Shown piece after piece: positions 1 to 13,700 of a DNA stretch of 64,000 bases (positions within the stretch are counted from its first letter, which is position 1; each line of letters begins with the position of its first letter). The DNA is from Podarcis melisellensis. Taxonomy: Eukaryota. The stretch is from NCBI GenBank assembly GCA_964234715.1, contig OZ174278.1. One strand, written 5' to 3'. The notes under the pieces were generated by a model, which was not told where the DNA came from, searched no databases, and worked only from the letters and a program-made list of their open reading frames with translations. A program made the translations under genes and the position numbers.

Positions 1-2284
1 ACAGACTAATCTCTCTCAAGTGTCTTTGCACTGACTTCCACCTCTAACACTGGATGACAGGTAGTCAGAGTCCATCAGTATATCCTGCATTCTTCCTTCC
101 AATGTGCAAGATTATACTAAATCCATTAGCAGATCTGCACTTTTAACCTCATTAGACTGGTAGCTGAGGATGCAGTTTAATCGTTGCAACTGTCTTCTAG
201 TCCTAGTCTTCTGAGAGCTGGGAAGCAAGTGTAAGAACCATCACATACTACAAAGAATAGATTTACCATAAATATGCCTGCTGCAATATTGCTTGGGCTG
301 TACCCTCAAAGCCAAAGTTCATTATGACAATCTTTGCACGAAGTGGATGTCAACTGATTACATTCATGATAACAGAAGGCAGTTGCCTCATCTGAAGAGA
401 AGCATGATGCTTATCCATTTTTACTAGACTTGTGAAAGGTGCTTTACACATGAGAAGCAAGTACGTGTACATTTTAATATCTTTGTTAAATTTATATCCC
501 ATGTTCCTCTGTGCAATACTCAAGGTGGCTAGCAATAAAATAAATCATCTTAAAATTACACTCACACCACAATCTAAGAAGAGAAGTTGAAAATCGTCTA
601 TCAGCATCCAGTTACAATAATATCAACATGGAAGATGTACAAGGCTCTAGAAGAATGTAATGAAAATGTTCCCAAAATTACAAAACCAAAATCAACAAAA
701 GTTTCATTGGAGGAGGGGTGCAATTATGCACATCTTGGGTTTATTTGACTGCAAAACTACGCCTTTGTCTACAGGGAACAGTAGGGAATGCAAATCAAAG
801 CATAAAGATTACAGAGGCATTAAGACATAGACTGGGAGCCAGAAGGAGGCTCCCAGTCTACATCTTGTAACTCATGAAAGTTACCCTGCCCACGTGAAAT
901 ACAAAATGCAGCCTAGAGAACTCTAGAAGTCTCTAGCTTGGTTTTTGCCGCATTAAGATATTTTTTGCTGTTATTAGGTACTGCCATTTGTCATAAGCTG
1001 TTTATTGATTGCCCTTGTGGAAATTATGTTATCCTGCCTTCTGTTGCAGATAAAAAGGTACCAGAAACAAGCATTATTCACAAGCTGTGCACCCTAATAG
1101 GATCATTTCTATTGGATAACCTGCATCATCTGTGCAGTCCATTCATCCGCTGTAGCTGAAGGGAAGCCAATTAAAAAAAACCTTGCATATTTGTAGTTTG
1201 TCATGTGGACAGCCTATCCGAGAAACTGCCCAAGACCCAACATTAAGATGTCCAACAGATGGGAATAATCTATCTTCATCCAGATGGGTTATCAGAATCT
1301 CTGACCAGAGGGATGCGAATGTCCCAGATACCTTACTTTCAATCCCTAAAGCCATTCATTACCCACATATCTATCCATCTCATTCCTGGACTTCACATTT
1401 CTGACTAACTTGATCCAATTACACTAGAACACGCCAAGAGACTTAACTCCTAGGAAGAGGAGCATGTCTTAAGCTACTACCTATCTTTTCCACAGTTTCA
1501 TTTTGCTTTCATCTCTCACAGTCCTGACATTAACCTTTGTAAATTTATAATACATGTGGACAATATTTCAGTAAATCTGGTGAATATTTTGTGAGTTTGG
1601 ACGATACTGGGGATTGCAGAAGCAGCAATAAAAGCAGAAACAGTGGCAGAAGCAGGAATAAAAACATCAGTCAGAATCAAGATGCAGTGGAATCTAACAG
1701 AAGTCCTGGTTGGATTTAATTTTTATACTAATGGACTTTAAAGAGAGATGGCTGTAGGCAGTTACTATTCTAAGATGTGAATAATATTTGTCACACTTTG
1801 GAGAAGCTCTTGTGGCATTTTGGGGGATAGAGAAAGATAGCAATTGGAACTGTGACAAATTAAGCCTTAAAACTGTGCACATGGGGCAAATTACAGTGCT
1901 AGGACACTTCCTTCCTGGAAGGAATTTTGAAGTGGATCAACATGTAAAGCACACAGTTATATGCACATTTTGATTTGGCATGCAAATCTAAACTCTCTGA
2001 TCTTTAGTCAATTCCCTTGGTCAACCAGCCTTCAAGATTCTGAGTCCCATTCCCAGCCTATCTGCTTGGCACTGTGTACATCGGCTTGACAGAATAGAGC
2101 TCCTTAAGCCTTGCCGAATCTCAGTGTTGAGACCATTTGTATTTAACAAAAGAAAGCAAGGACATAGAGACTTTTCCTTGATTTTGTAATTCCCACGGTA
2201 GTGTTTACAAGTTGTAGTTGCAGCATATTAAAGTCTTCTATTCAAATGCTTGTCCATAAAATATGAACTCTGCACACGGACCTA

Positions 2285-2435
2285 TGGAAAAGCTAACCTA
2301 AAAACCTGTGGCCCTCCAGCTGTTGTTGGACTACAACTTCCATCCCCCGCCCCCCGATCATGGGCTATGCCGGCTGAGGGTGAGGAGAGCTGGAGTCCAA
2401 CAACATCACAACAGCCACAGGTGACTCACTCCTGC
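2285..2435. mobile_element. Decayed hAT-type MITE related to 49409-49544
   Basis: aacctgtggccctccagctgttgttggactacaact...agtccaacaacatc...gccacagg. Confidence 0.7.
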
Positions 2436-3061
2436 TTTCAGGGCACATCTTCTCTACATCTAAAATGAAAATAGGAATGATTCTGTTTATCAGAAACCAA
2501 GTGCTAATGAAATATCTGTAGCGTTATTGCTCTAGTAATCCAACTCTTGCTGTGAAGTAACGGCAAGGAAGTATGTACTGCTGAATGGTGGAAAATACAG
2601 GTGACGCTCCATCCAGCACAACCAAACTACCCGTACCTGTCAGCTCCTTATAATCTGATGTAACTGAATGGGGTTGGTGATCACACAGACTAGTGACAGA
2701 ACCAATCCCGAGGGGGTGGGGGGGGATCAGACGTGAGAGACACAAACAGAAAAGGAAAGGAACCACTTTCCTTTGGCCTGGGCAGAAACAGCTCCAAACA
2801 TGGCAGCTGTACTCCTGGTTCCTTCTGGGATTCTTAAACCAGAAGGCTGAAGAAGACTTTCAACAGTAGACATATTTGTGGTATATTTCTATAACGCAGC
2901 ACTGTGCCAAGTGCATATTGCATGCAGAGTTTGGTAGGAATACTTGAAGAATTTGACGTTTGTGAATTCTGATACAAACTGACTGGCTCTGTAGTTTTCG
3001 GGTCATAAAAATTTCAAAGTATGTTTTGAGAGAAGGCATTTAGAAATATGTATACAAACAC

Positions 3062-3205
3062 AATTCTTCATTATTAACGAGGAAGAAGGATGTACTGGGC
3101 TTATGGGTGAACACATGCAAAAGTGATATGGACCAGAAATGGACTATTTCATGTGTTCACCCATAAGCCCAGTACATCCTTCTTCCTCGTTAATAATGAA
3201 GAATT
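3062..3205. repeat. Perfect 56-bp inverted repeat with 32-nt spacer
   Basis: 3062-3117 is the exact reverse complement of 3150-3205. Confidence 0.97.
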
Positions 3206-4616
3206 ATTCCTTATTGTGGGAGTGATTAGCAATAAGGGTATGAAGTTGCCTGTCAGATTGTAGGTTTTTGCCTTTTATTGTCTGGACCAGTAGTTAAATG
3301 GAGTACCTTTGGCAGTACCATTCACTGGACATTAAGTAACTTATGGTATTGTGTTAACAAATCAAAGGTCCAACACTTATAGTTACTGAACAAATTGATT
3401 TAAAAAAAAAAAGTTTTAAGGAAAGGAACAGGCTGACAGACAAAAGGGCATTTGGCTTCTTAGTTCAGCAAGGTTTTTGAAATGCTTCCTGTAAGCACTT
3501 TGAACACATCAACACAAATACTAAGGATTAAGGAAAAATGAATTGTTTGCCCTAGATGTGTCCTCAACATACTGCATAAAAAGTATAAACACCCATCAGA
3601 ATTACATTTGTATAGGTGAGCTGCAAAGCTTAACTGAAAATAGCTAAGCCCAGATTTGTGTGCCGAACACCCACAACGACCAGGCTGCTCAGGCAAATAA
3701 GCATATTCTGAAATGTGCTGGATGCAGTGTGTTTTCAAGAGGTATACAGTGATGATTAAACATGCAACTCTTCCACAGGAGAAAAAACAAAACAACAGCA
3801 GGATTTTGAGTACAAAAGTAAAATTTTATATTATCTCACGAAGGACTAGGATTCCTTACTATGTGGACACTTTCAGATGTACTGTTTTGCTGAGATTAGC
3901 TATTGAAGACCTGCAATTAATCTCAGGGATCCATTCTCAACTGAGACACAGTACTCAGGTAATGAAAGAAAGTCTTAGTTCACTGCTAAACTAGCCAATG
4001 TGGCAGCAACTATTAATTAATAAGCAACCGTGTTCAAAATTAGATGGGCAGCCACTACAAACTGGCCTGAAAGATAGCTCCAAAAATCATCTGTCCTCTG
4101 GGAACCATCTCCAGTTGTGCATGATAAAACTTCTGTCCACAGTTTTTATTCTGTCTTGACAGATGGGCAAACAGCTGGCATCTCATAGCGTACAGAAAGG
4201 GTGTGAGTTAACAGTGGATAATGAAGTGTAGGATTGTGGCAGGTGTGGATCTCTTTCCTCACTTCCACAAGATTCAGGGCTGCATCAACTCCATCTATGC
4301 TTTCAAGGAAAATTCAGACCCAGAGCTCCCTGGTATGACTAAGAAAGTGGGACTCACCCAAGCACAGCTGCAGCTTACAGAAGCACCTGATAATTATAAT
4401 CCAACTCAGATTATAAGAAGTTTGATAAAGGGTGAAGCTAGCAAGTTATGTAAGTTAAAAGGGGCAAGTCTTCAAGATCTTCCATGGTATTGTGGAAATG
4501 GATCATTTAATTCCAACTTCTACTTGCAAGCATAACACATCCTAAGTTGTGAGCATGTTCAAAAATAAACAGGGGGAAAGGAAAAGCCATTATCATTCAA
4601 GAGGTTCAAATCATAC

Positions 4617-4724
4617 CTGGACTGAGTACTGTCCCTGCAATGGAGATGATGCAATCTAATTTCACCAGCTCTCCTCGATAAACTGTTGTTTTATGCGATT
4701 CCACAGAGACATTGAAAACAGGAC
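4617..4724 (-). CDS. PTGFRN: PTGFRN coding exon (exon 7 equivalent): N-terminal part of Ig domain 6
   Basis: GPVFNVSVESHKTTVYRGELVKLDCIISIAGTVLSP aligns with human GPIFNASVHSDTPSVIRGDLIKLFCIITVEGAALDP. Acceptor ttcatag|, donor CAG|gtatga; 108 nt, in frame with the previous exon. Confidence 0.92.
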
Positions 4725-4959
4725 CTATGAAGAAAAACACATATTTCTCGTGTGTGATCTCATATATTACACACAAACAGAAAGCCTTACCTAGTATAAA
4801 CATATATTCATATATATATAAACATATATTCATAAGCTGCATCTGGTTAAAGATTCATGCCTCTAAAATGTACTTAGAAAAACTGAAGCAAAACAAAGTG
4901 TTCAGCCCCTGAGAACATTTATGTGCTCAACACCATCAGAATTAGCTTTTGCACCACTC

Positions 4960-5065
4960 AGGGCAGTGGTTCGAGCCCCACGTTGGGTGAAAGATTCCTG
5001 CATTGCAGGGCAGGGGGTTGGACTAGATGATCCTCATGTTCCCTTCCAATTCTATGATTCTATGA
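4960..5065 (+). mobile_element. 5'-truncated tRNA-derived SINE with CR1-type tail
   Basis: B box GGTTCGAGCCC followed by gggttggactagatgatcct...cccttccaattctatgattctatga. Confidence 0.7.
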
Positions 5066-5267
5066 AAATTCAACAGTACTTCACACATTCTGTTGTCAGT
5101 GCTGACATTTATGAGAGCACAAGGAGAGCTCTTAAGGCTACCTGTTAGCTGTACTTGCTTTTGAGCTTGGCACCACTAAAACTAGGATTTTAAAAAGCAC
5201 TATGAATCCAATGATATTCCGTGCATATTTTGATGGTACCAGGGACATAATTTTTGCTACATTATTA

Positions 5268-5620
5268 TGATTATTTGATGTATTTATATTCTGCCTTTCT
5301 CCCAAATTGGGATTCGGGGCAGCTTAAAATATTTAAAACATTATAAAATACAAAGTAACAAAAGCAAACTAGTTAAAAACAGTAATTAAAATGCAGCAGA
5401 ACATATTTTAAACCAGCCATTAAAATACAGTTCTTCCTGACAGCATTCCAGTGCAGCATCGCCTGCACTTTAATCTTCAAAGGCCTGTCTGAATATGAAG
5501 CTCTTAGCCTGCCGGTGGAAGGTTAACAAAGAGGAAGCCAATCTAACCTCTCTTCAGAGGGAATGCCAGAATATGGGAGCAAGTGAATGTGCTCGCGCTC
5601 ATCCAAAGACCTTAGCACCC
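5268..5620 (-). mobile_element. Old L2-like 3'-end fragment
   Basis: AT-rich tail then tattctgcctttctccc...gcagctta and aaggcctg...gccggtggaag...gggaatgccaga pattern, shared with the other minus-strand L2 ends in the window. Confidence 0.5.
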
Positions 5621-5856
5621 AGGCAGATTCATTATCTTTCAGGTTGCCAGTACTCAAGCCACAGAAAGTTTTACACGTGCTAAGTCCACCCTAATTTTGC
5701 TGCCTAAAACAATGGGGCAAGAACACCCTTCCTCTTTATACATACAGGACTGGCAATAGGATGGCATACTCCACTGCAGGGGCCAGGCTGTGAAAGACAC
5801 ACACACACAGTTCTACACTCGAAATACCTTGCTGCAGCTCACTCCCTGCTCTGCGG

Positions 5857-6275
5857 CACCTGCTCTCTCCCCACTGAAACTGGTGGTGCCAGTGTGCACC
5901 ATGTGAGTAGAACAATGCACACGTTGGGAATTCCATTCCACCCTTGCTGCAGATATGTGAGATTGTTACATGTCACATGTCTGTTTACATTCTGGCACAG
6001 ATTGCTGGAGTCCCGTGAGCGGAACATCCGTTCTGTACTGCTTTTGTTTTCTCTCTCTCCAAGACGACACCTGCTCTCTCCCCACTGAAACAGGTGGTGC
6101 CAGTGTGCACCATGTGAGTAGAACAATGCACACGTTGGGAATTCCATTCCACCCTTGCTGCAGATATGTGAGATTGTTACATGTCACATGTCTGTTTACA
6201 TTCTGGCACAGATTGCTGGAGTCCCGTGAGCGGAACATCCGTTCTGTACTGCTTTTGTTTTCTCTCTCTCCAAGA
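5857..6275. repeat. Tandem duplication, 211-bp period, 2 copies
   Basis: 5857-6064 vs 6068-6275; only one substitution noticed (aaacTgg/aaacAgg). Confidence 0.95.
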
Positions 6276-9072
6276 AGAACGACAAGGAGAGAGGCCGTGT
6301 TTTTCTTTGTACTAATTTATGTGTAATAAATACGTAGTTTAGTATAGTATCCACGCCTCAAGCCTGATCTGTTCTGTGTTTACTTTGCTGAGTAATGTGT
6401 GTTCTTGCATGCACAAAAGCTTGAGTCGCAAACGCACATCAGAGGAGGATGACTGATGGATCTCCGCAGTGGCAAGGCTGAGAAGGGAGACACTCCGGCT
6501 GGGGCCAAGCCAGCTGGCTTTCCATCCCACGGTTCCGACAGCACATACAAGTCTGATGCTTACTAAAATGCATGGCCTCGCCTGCCGGCCACTCTGCTTA
6601 CTTGCCCAACGGAACTGTCTGTAATGTGCTGTGGGAAGCTCACCTAATGAAACAGCATGCCAGCCAAGGGAGCAACAACCAAAGACCATTGCCCAGAATA
6701 TGAGACTAACTAGGGGAGCTCAGGAGGAATGACCATGAAGTCTTATTCTCCATCTTGGACCTTATACCTATTAAAGCCTACCCTTAACCTCCACGAGCAG
6801 AAAGCAGTTATGAGAGAGGGAGAAGAGAGATGCTGAGCAAAAAAAAGGGGGGGGGAGTAAAAAAGTTAATATCTCTGTTTATTTAAAGCATTTTTACTCC
6901 AGTCTTTGGCCAAAAAGGCTCCAACAGAATCTTATGAAGATCAACCAAAAGATTTAGAAATATCCCGCTCCCATGGTGTTGAAGATCACAGCCTCCAGGG
7001 TTGCTCCTGGCTGGCTAAAAAAGAAAGATGGAGAAAAGATATATGTTCCTGCAACATGGCCTTAGTCTTTGTTGAGATTTCTGCTCTTTCAAAGTGAACC
7101 AGTACTCCAATATTTGCTGTTTCTCTTACAGTCAGGCTAGGCCAGTATTCTCAAGGGACACATTCAACAGCAAAGCAAGTTTCTGTTAAGGATGTTAGCA
7201 GCTTGCAAACCATGTTATTTTTTTCTTGGTCTATGCTGAATCAGCCATAGAAGTCAAACCTCTGTATTGCAAAGAGAATTTATTTTTATTAAGATAACTT
7301 TTTTGAAAAGGAAAACCTGATATACAACCACTCTCACAGACACATTTTACTGTGACCAAATTCAACTGTTAGAAGCAGTTATTACCTCAATTATTATTTC
7401 AAAATTAACATGGTATCAAATTTCTCTTCTAAATTACATTTTTGTATCGTACAGCATGAGACTGAATTTATCTCTTGCCCTAATTACTTAGATAAGAAGG
7501 ATGCCCAACAATAGCAAAAATATTTTTTAAATAAATAAATATTTACATATGAGTACTGCAATAACACAGAGCATGTAGTGAACCCACATAATCAAGACCA
7601 TTCCAATGATTCGCAAATATAAATATAAGATGGGCACATTTTCTTCCTCGCTGCTGAATTTTTCTACAGATAAAGCAATTCCTACATAGGAAGAGTGCCA
7701 TAAAAAAAATCTGTTCTACATGCTTTCCACTTCAGACAAAAATAGTTGCATTAAATTAATCCTGTATCAAGTTAAGAGGGAATTACTGCATTTTCTAGTG
7801 CCTTATCAGCCAATAAGAGGAAAACGAAATTTATGTCCCTGATGACAGCTCTTCCCTAGAAATTACTGCCAATCGTTAAAAAATGATGGAAGGCATTCCA
7901 TATATTCAGTGTCACTTAGAATGGTCTATGCATAAGCAGGCACAATTTTGTGAAGACTGCAGAAAGCAGAAGGAACATGGCTAGAGCAATCCCACCTCAC
8001 TCAGTAGGGGAGATTCGTAGGAGAGCCACTGCCATATCCAGAACCCTGCTGGCTTGCTACAGAAAGGACAGAGTTGCCATTTTCAGAGGTGGCATATTTC
8101 TGTCTGGCAACCCTAGAATGCCAGTTCCTGGTCTCAGGTTGTTCCCAGTACCGACAGCACGTTAGTGATAGCAGCAGAGCTTTCCATGATAAGACTGGCA
8201 ACCATAACCCAAGAACTACCATACAACCCAATTGGTTTAACAGGTGTTAGTTACTGACCTCTTCTCCTCATCCAAGTTCCCAAAAGAGAACCCTAACAAT
8301 TGGGCATCATACGAATCAACAGGCCCATGAGCCACAATCCCTGTGAAAGACTTGGATAGTGTGCAGGTTTTACCTTAAGGAATACACCATCATGTAAAAC
8401 AGGAGAGAATACTGATAATTAGTAACCTTCAAAGAAGATCTTTTAGTATTCACTCATGTGATCATCACTGGGGAAGCCGCATTATTTTATTAGGATGAAA
8501 ACAAACTGCTGTGATGAAGTATTCTAGAGAACTATATTCTTATTAGAACTATATTCGTGTGTGTGTGTGTTCTGTTGTGAACCACTCTGGGATCTTCAGC
8601 TGAAGGATGGTATGCAAATTCAATAAATACTAATAAAAATATTTTGTGACTTGTTCTAGTGTAGGTATTAGCCAGGTGTAGCATTAAAAGGCTTCTCTGT
8701 GCTACTTATTATCAAAAAGTGTTCATAATCAGGATGTATGTATGTTTGCAGACACACATTTGATAAATGCACTTTAATTCTCTGTTGCTTGTCATTTTAT
8801 TAAATATTATGATTCAATGATGTTTGTTTTACTTTTAAATTTACAAAGGAGGGGTTGTTTTTTTTAAAAAATGAACAATGTAGTAATATGAAAATGGGAA
8901 CAATTTTTCAATCAGAAGTGTTGACAACTCTAAAAAGATTCCTATGGAGACGTTCTCAGCTCTTGCATTGGGTTTAGGAAATATGATTTGCCCCAAAGGT
9001 GGGGGGCGGAGTTCTGCTGAAACAAATGTTAGACTATCTAGTCTGTCATGCACCATTATTTGAGGTAGGATA

Positions 9073-9452
9073 AAAAGGTAAGAAAAGGTAAAGGACCCTT
9101 GGACGGTTAAGTTCAGTCAAAGACGACTATGGGGTTATGGCACTCATCTTGCTTTTCAGGCCAAGGGAGCTGGCGTTTGTCCACAGACAGTTTTCCAGGT
9201 CATGTGGATAGCATGAGTAAACTGCTTCTGGCACAACAGAACACCGTGATGAGTGCCAGAAATGCCGTTTACCTTCCTGCCACAGTGGTACCTATTTATC
9301 TACTTGCACGGATATGCTTTCAAACTGGTAGGTTGGCAGAAGCTGGGATGAGCATCAGGAGCTCACCACATCGCATGGATTCGAACTGCCAACCTTCCAA
9401 TTGGCAAGCCCAAGAGGCTCAGTGGTTTAGACCACAGTGCCACCCACACCCC
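9073..9452 (-). mobile_element. Sauria SINE (more diverged)
   Basis: Alignable with the other three copies; GTTCGAATCC B box; degenerate ACCTTT tail. Confidence 0.9.
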
Positions 9453-10231
9453 TACTGAGATGAAGTATGACATTTCAGTGAGAAACCTGATTTAAATCGG
9501 ATTCCCCCTCCCTTTTAAAATTGCCTAGATTTACATCAATCCACCCTGAAAAAGGGGATGGGGTGGGAAGAAGGAATATACACATAACTGCTGTGTTGAT
9601 CACATTCTAATACAACTAAATATGCATTAAGGATCTCAGTGAAACAACTGTGACCTTCACAGAAACAGTGCCAAAGAAGCAAATTATATTACAATATATC
9701 CTCCACTGGGACAGAAAGAGACACAGAAAACTTGATCCAACAGACAGTAGCAGCACGCAGTTGCTGTCTGGCCATCCTAGGTTCATAAGAATGCGACTTT
9801 CAATGCTACATTGAACACAGACCATATAACAGCATGCCCATAGTATGAGATATAGGAAAAACTGATGTCATCCACAAGCCCTTCCTATTCCAAAATATTA
9901 CTCACATCTACCCTGGCCTCAGACCTTGCATTATTATTGTGAAGTTGCTATCATCTTGTCATTTAATAGGCCCTTCTCTCACATAATTCTAGTCATAACT
10001 GTTTTTTCTGTGTACATTCTTCGACTAGCACTAACCACACAGCAGAAGATATTACAAAAACAAAACGTTGTGTGTTTTAGCTGCGGCTTGTATCTCCAGC
10101 CACCAATTGACAAGAAGCCGTACCAGAATTATTAAAGCGCTATCCTGGGCCTGTGCAGGGGAGGGAGGCCGACAGTCTCTCTTTTTGCTTCGCCTCAAAA
10201 AGAAGGAAAAGGCTAAGTAGGATTGTGTTGT

Positions 10232-10790
10232 GTGAACATAAAAATAGCCCTGCTGGATCAGACCAAAAAGGTCCATTAGTCCAGTGTCCTGACAGTGGCC
10301 AATCAGATGCCAGTGCAAAGTCAGCTAGCAGGAGATGAAGGCAAGAGCCTCCCCCCTTCTTCACAGGAACTGGGACTCAAGAAGTCCACTGCTTTGAGCA
10401 CAGAGTTACATAGCAGCCACTCACAGCATTCTCCTTCATGAGATTATCCAGTTCCCTTCTAAAGCCACCTAAGCTAGTGGCCATCACAACTTACAGCAGC
10501 AAACTCCTTGAGTTCACTAAGCACTGTGTGAAATTGTCCTTAATTTTAGCTGTCCTCAATTTCTAGCCAGTCCGCTTCTTTGGATGAACCCAAGTTCTAG
10601 AGAGTAGGAGAAGAATAACAATATTTCTCTCTAACTACTTTCCTCATGCCATTCATAATTTTGCAAACCTCCATCCCCTTTCTCCACAAACTAAATCTAC
10701 ATCAAGTTTCCCCTTAGCTGCCTTACTATGATTATTTAAGTGAAAAGTGCCAATTATTGTAGTCTTCTCTCACAGAAAAGGTGAAAGAGG
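10232..10790 (-). mobile_element. Old CR1 LINE 3' fragment
   Basis: gaacataaaaatagccctgctggatcagaccaaaaggtccattagtccag... is the reverse complement of a CR1 3' UTR type also seen at about 50230-50310. Right boundary approximate. Confidence 0.65.
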
Positions 10791-13700
10791 GGAGGGCGCT
10801 TTAACAAACACAGTTCCAAAAGGAATTGTTGTGAAAATAAGAATTAATAAATGGGGTGGGGTTTATTTGGTGTTTTGGGTTGTTGTTGTCGTTGTTTTTT
10901 GGATGCCAGCCCTCTTGTTCCTGATAAATTGAGAGGGATTTGGCTGAGAAGTACAGTATACTGTCTCTCTGGAAGAAACTGCTTTGGCCTACCATGATTC
11001 ATCCTACCTGGGAATTGTAAAGGTTAACAGTGCTTGTGGGGTCAGCATTACTGAATAGTGAGGGACACAGCTGCCCTTTCTTACAATACAGTGGGCTCAA
11101 GGAAGGGCATAAACAGCCTCTCCCCTTCCATTGCAAGCCCCACAGACTGCAGGGACTCATACCGGCTGTAAGGGAAAAGGCGGCCTCAAATTCATGGCTG
11201 GCTCATGGTGGCTTCATTTAGCCAGAGCTGCCCTGAGAATTCTGTAGTGGAACTGGAAGGTGGGATATACATGTTTAAATAAATACTTTGATGGTCTCAT
11301 TTTGCATGCTGTACAAGCAAGTCCCAGGTACATGCTCCAGAGAGTAAACACCGACAGTGTGCTCACACACAGTTGTAATTGGCCGCATGCTGAATATTAG
11401 TGCTGGGCTGTAGGCAGGCAAGTATAGGGACTGCTGAACACATGGGTCCTGGTTGGGATGAAGCACAAATTTGCAGAAGGGTCTAGGCACAATTTAGGAA
11501 GCTGTGCAGGGCTCCATAAGCAAAGCACAAGGAGGCTGGATTGCTCAATGCCCGGGATATTAAGCTAAAAATAGTTAACAGCTAGCGTATGGAACAGCAC
11601 CACCAAGCACGGAAACAGGGCATCCAGGTCCCGTACAACATTTCAGGATAGGACCTATGTGTGCAGTTCTCTCAACCCTAGTATTGAACATGTTGTTGTT
11701 CTCTTGCTAGGGGACATAATAAATGTGATATCACACTACCTAGAGCCCTGAAAGAGCACATACTACTTTGTTACTGAAAAGCCAACCTCTTTTATTAAAA
11801 CATATAAAGCAAGTTAGACAAGTTGTGTCTGAGGTTTTGCCCTCACGTATTTTCGTTATGCCTCTGGTGCTGAAGTGTTGCCTTGTGCTATCTCTTGCCT
11901 TCGGGGAACTCAAGAGTTCACTGGCCAGGTTATGCAACCATGCCTGCAAAAGGTTTCCTTTCGCAGTTTGCAACCATACAGCTCTCATACATCTAAAGCC
12001 CAGAAAAGTAGTGCTGAGCAGCTGAACGGCTTAGGACATGTGCTTCAGGAGATGGGAGCCTCTCAAAAGCAAAAAAACCCCAAACCAACCCTACCCCTTA
12101 CATAACTGGCAGCCTTGTTGACAAGAGCCCAAGGATGCCCTGGAATGTCCTAAGACCAACATGATGTTCCAGAAACAACAATGGATCCATTATAATAAAC
12201 GAGAGATCTTGCTACCAACCTGAAAGTAATTCCTCGTTCTGCTTAGCAGAAGGATATGCTGAAAGGGAAAAGAAAAGTACAAATGTGCCCAAAACCACCA
12301 CACTGGCTCACATCATTACAAGCTCCAGGAATTGCAGCACCATATGTTAAAGAAGGATCAGATATACTATTAACAGTTAAATTTGTACTCTGACCTTCCT
12401 CCAAGCTCAGACCCTTTTACCTGTGGTGTCCAAGATCTTGCAGACAAAATGGGGTGCCTGCATCATGCCTTGAACAGATTTTGGTGCCTCTTGCCTTTAA
12501 CACAATTTGAGGTGAGGTGTGTATATAATTAGCTGAATGGGAAGTAGAATAGGGTTATGACTGCAGCTCATGATTAGTGAGGAAAGAGCTGAACCATGAG
12601 CCCATGTGTTTGGAGAACACACTAATCCAAACCTTGGTTTAGAGTGGTGAGAGAATAAAAACAACTAGGGAAGAACAAAGCAGCCGCAACGCCACACAGT
12701 CCCGGTAAGTTACTGTTTGACTTACCAAGTTGCGTGAGTCAGGATTGTAAGTATGAGATAGAAAAGGAAACTCAAGAGTACCTAAAAGACTACGTCAATT
12801 GGGTGAATAGAAACTGGAAAATTTTCGGCTGGTGAAAATAAAGGATCATTTGCTAGCAATGAGAACTCTTAGACTGTGAAATAGCCTTGAGCAAATTAGT
12901 GATAGTTCCTGTTTTAAGAGTCTTAATACAGTAAATTGAACAGAGGTTTTTGTTGCACAGTTGGGAACAACCTTCTATTGATACCGAATGAAGGAGAATA
13001 TAGATTAGAGATCTTGTGTGTCCTGATTTATGAGCTCCAGGTTAGAAGATGTCCTTGCTTCAGACAAGTGTTTTAAAAAGACGTGCATTCATTGCACCAC
13101 AGCAAAACAATGATCAGTGAGTGAGAGTCGTAAGGAAACTTTTTGTCTCAAGCTGGCAATTCTACTACTCCCAGGATAAACAAGGAAGCTTTGTGGCAAC
13201 TAGAAGACTAACAAATGGACTAGGGCATAAACTTTCAGGGACTAAAATCCACTTCATCAGATGCAACCAATATCATAATAAATCTGTTTGGCTTTTAAGA
13301 TCCTCAAGACTCCCTTGGCTTTCTGCAACTAACATTGCTTCTCCACTGGAAAGAATCTGATACACATTCTTCTATGAGAGTTCATGGAAACCTTTCTAAA
13401 GCACATCTGCGTGTCAGGGCTCCTAGGGTAAAAATAAATAAATAACTTGGGCTGGAGCACAGACACCAATTTACACAGGGGAAAAGAGACAGAGAGACCT
13501 CCTACAGTTCAGCTAAATTGCACATTCACATCCTGAAGAGCTTTTCTTGAAACATGAAACCATTCAGACAAAAGTGATGCTCCAAACAGCTCTGGCAGTA
13601 AGCCAAACCAGTGGTTGAAAAGTCTTTCGATCCAAATAAGTCCTCCCAGCTTCACGCAAAAAATCAATAAGAACACAGACATCTATTGCAACAACCACTA

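Noticed and set aside
1-4600. PTGFRN exon 8 (DMAFDVSW...) and later exons
   Set aside because: No matching translation seen; presumably left of the window.
5736-6326. Repeated ORFs MEFPTCALFYSHG... as a duplicated small gene
   Set aside because: Explained by the 211-bp tandem duplication; no splice or homology support.
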